Source: Hemiscyllium ocellatum (taxonomy: Eukaryota). From it: a DNA stretch of 64,000 nt. The position numbers and the translations under genes are program-made. This document shows, in pieces, positions 63,850 to 64,000 of this stretch. Position 1 is the first letter of the stretch. Each line of letters starts with the position of its first letter. Below the pieces are notes generated by a model. That model made no database searches. It was not told the DNA's origin and saw only the letters and a program-made list of their open reading frames with translations. Location: positions 38,465,131 through 38,529,130 of the forward strand of contig NC_083416.1 of NCBI RefSeq assembly GCF_020745735.1. Direction: 5' to 3'.

Positions 63850-64000
63850 TCCTATCTCTTTTGGTCCAAAAGCAGCATGATGATATGATGAAGCTGGTGT
63901 TTTGTCAGCATGCAGCTGTGTGGATGAAAGGCCACAAAGGATCAATGCCATGGACCATCCAGGGATAATGTAGCACCATCTCTCCTGCACAACAGTTTGG
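63850..64000 (-). pseudogene. Possible Harbinger transposase C-terminal remnant
   Basis: Minus strand ggagagatggtgctacattatccc resembles the R.GG.L.Y.P motif; convergent with the Myb remnant at 62523. Confidence 0.35.

Noticed and set aside
1-64000. CRISPR array, prokaryotic operon or retron-like system
   Set aside because: No regularly spaced repeats, low coding density, and all RT fragments are eukaryotic non-LTR or Penelope types.

Overview
Eukaryotic (vertebrate) repeat-rich DNA, not prokaryotic. The SINE and LINE repertoire (HE1-type V-SINEs, Deu-domain SINEs, CR1, Rex1/Babar, Penelope, Harbinger) points to a cartilaginous fish; this is inferred from recognised repeat families, with no search run. 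A large part of the window is decayed transposable elements: many CR1 LINEs (one near full-length with ORF1 and ORF2), a split Rex1-like LINE, a Tx1/L1-like fragment, a 5'-truncated Penelope-like element (RT + GIY-YIG), Harbinger transposase and Myb/SANT remnants, and tRNA-derived SINEs, often nested up to three deep. No intact long CDS, rRNA, tRNA gene or CRISPR array is present. The most interesting signal is a set of about a dozen minimal hammerhead-ribozyme motifs (CUGANGA-A-stem II-GAAA-NN-UH) in Penelope terminal repeats, from at least three subfamilies with compensatory stem II changes. There are also five short fold-back (inverted terminal repeat) insertions; four are flanked by 13-18 bp target-site duplications and four carry hammerhead remnants at the centre. 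A frame-consistent multi-exon + strand gene model of unknown identity (exons 29641, 29832, 45648, ...) is proposed with low-to-moderate confidence. Boundaries of old repeats are approximate.
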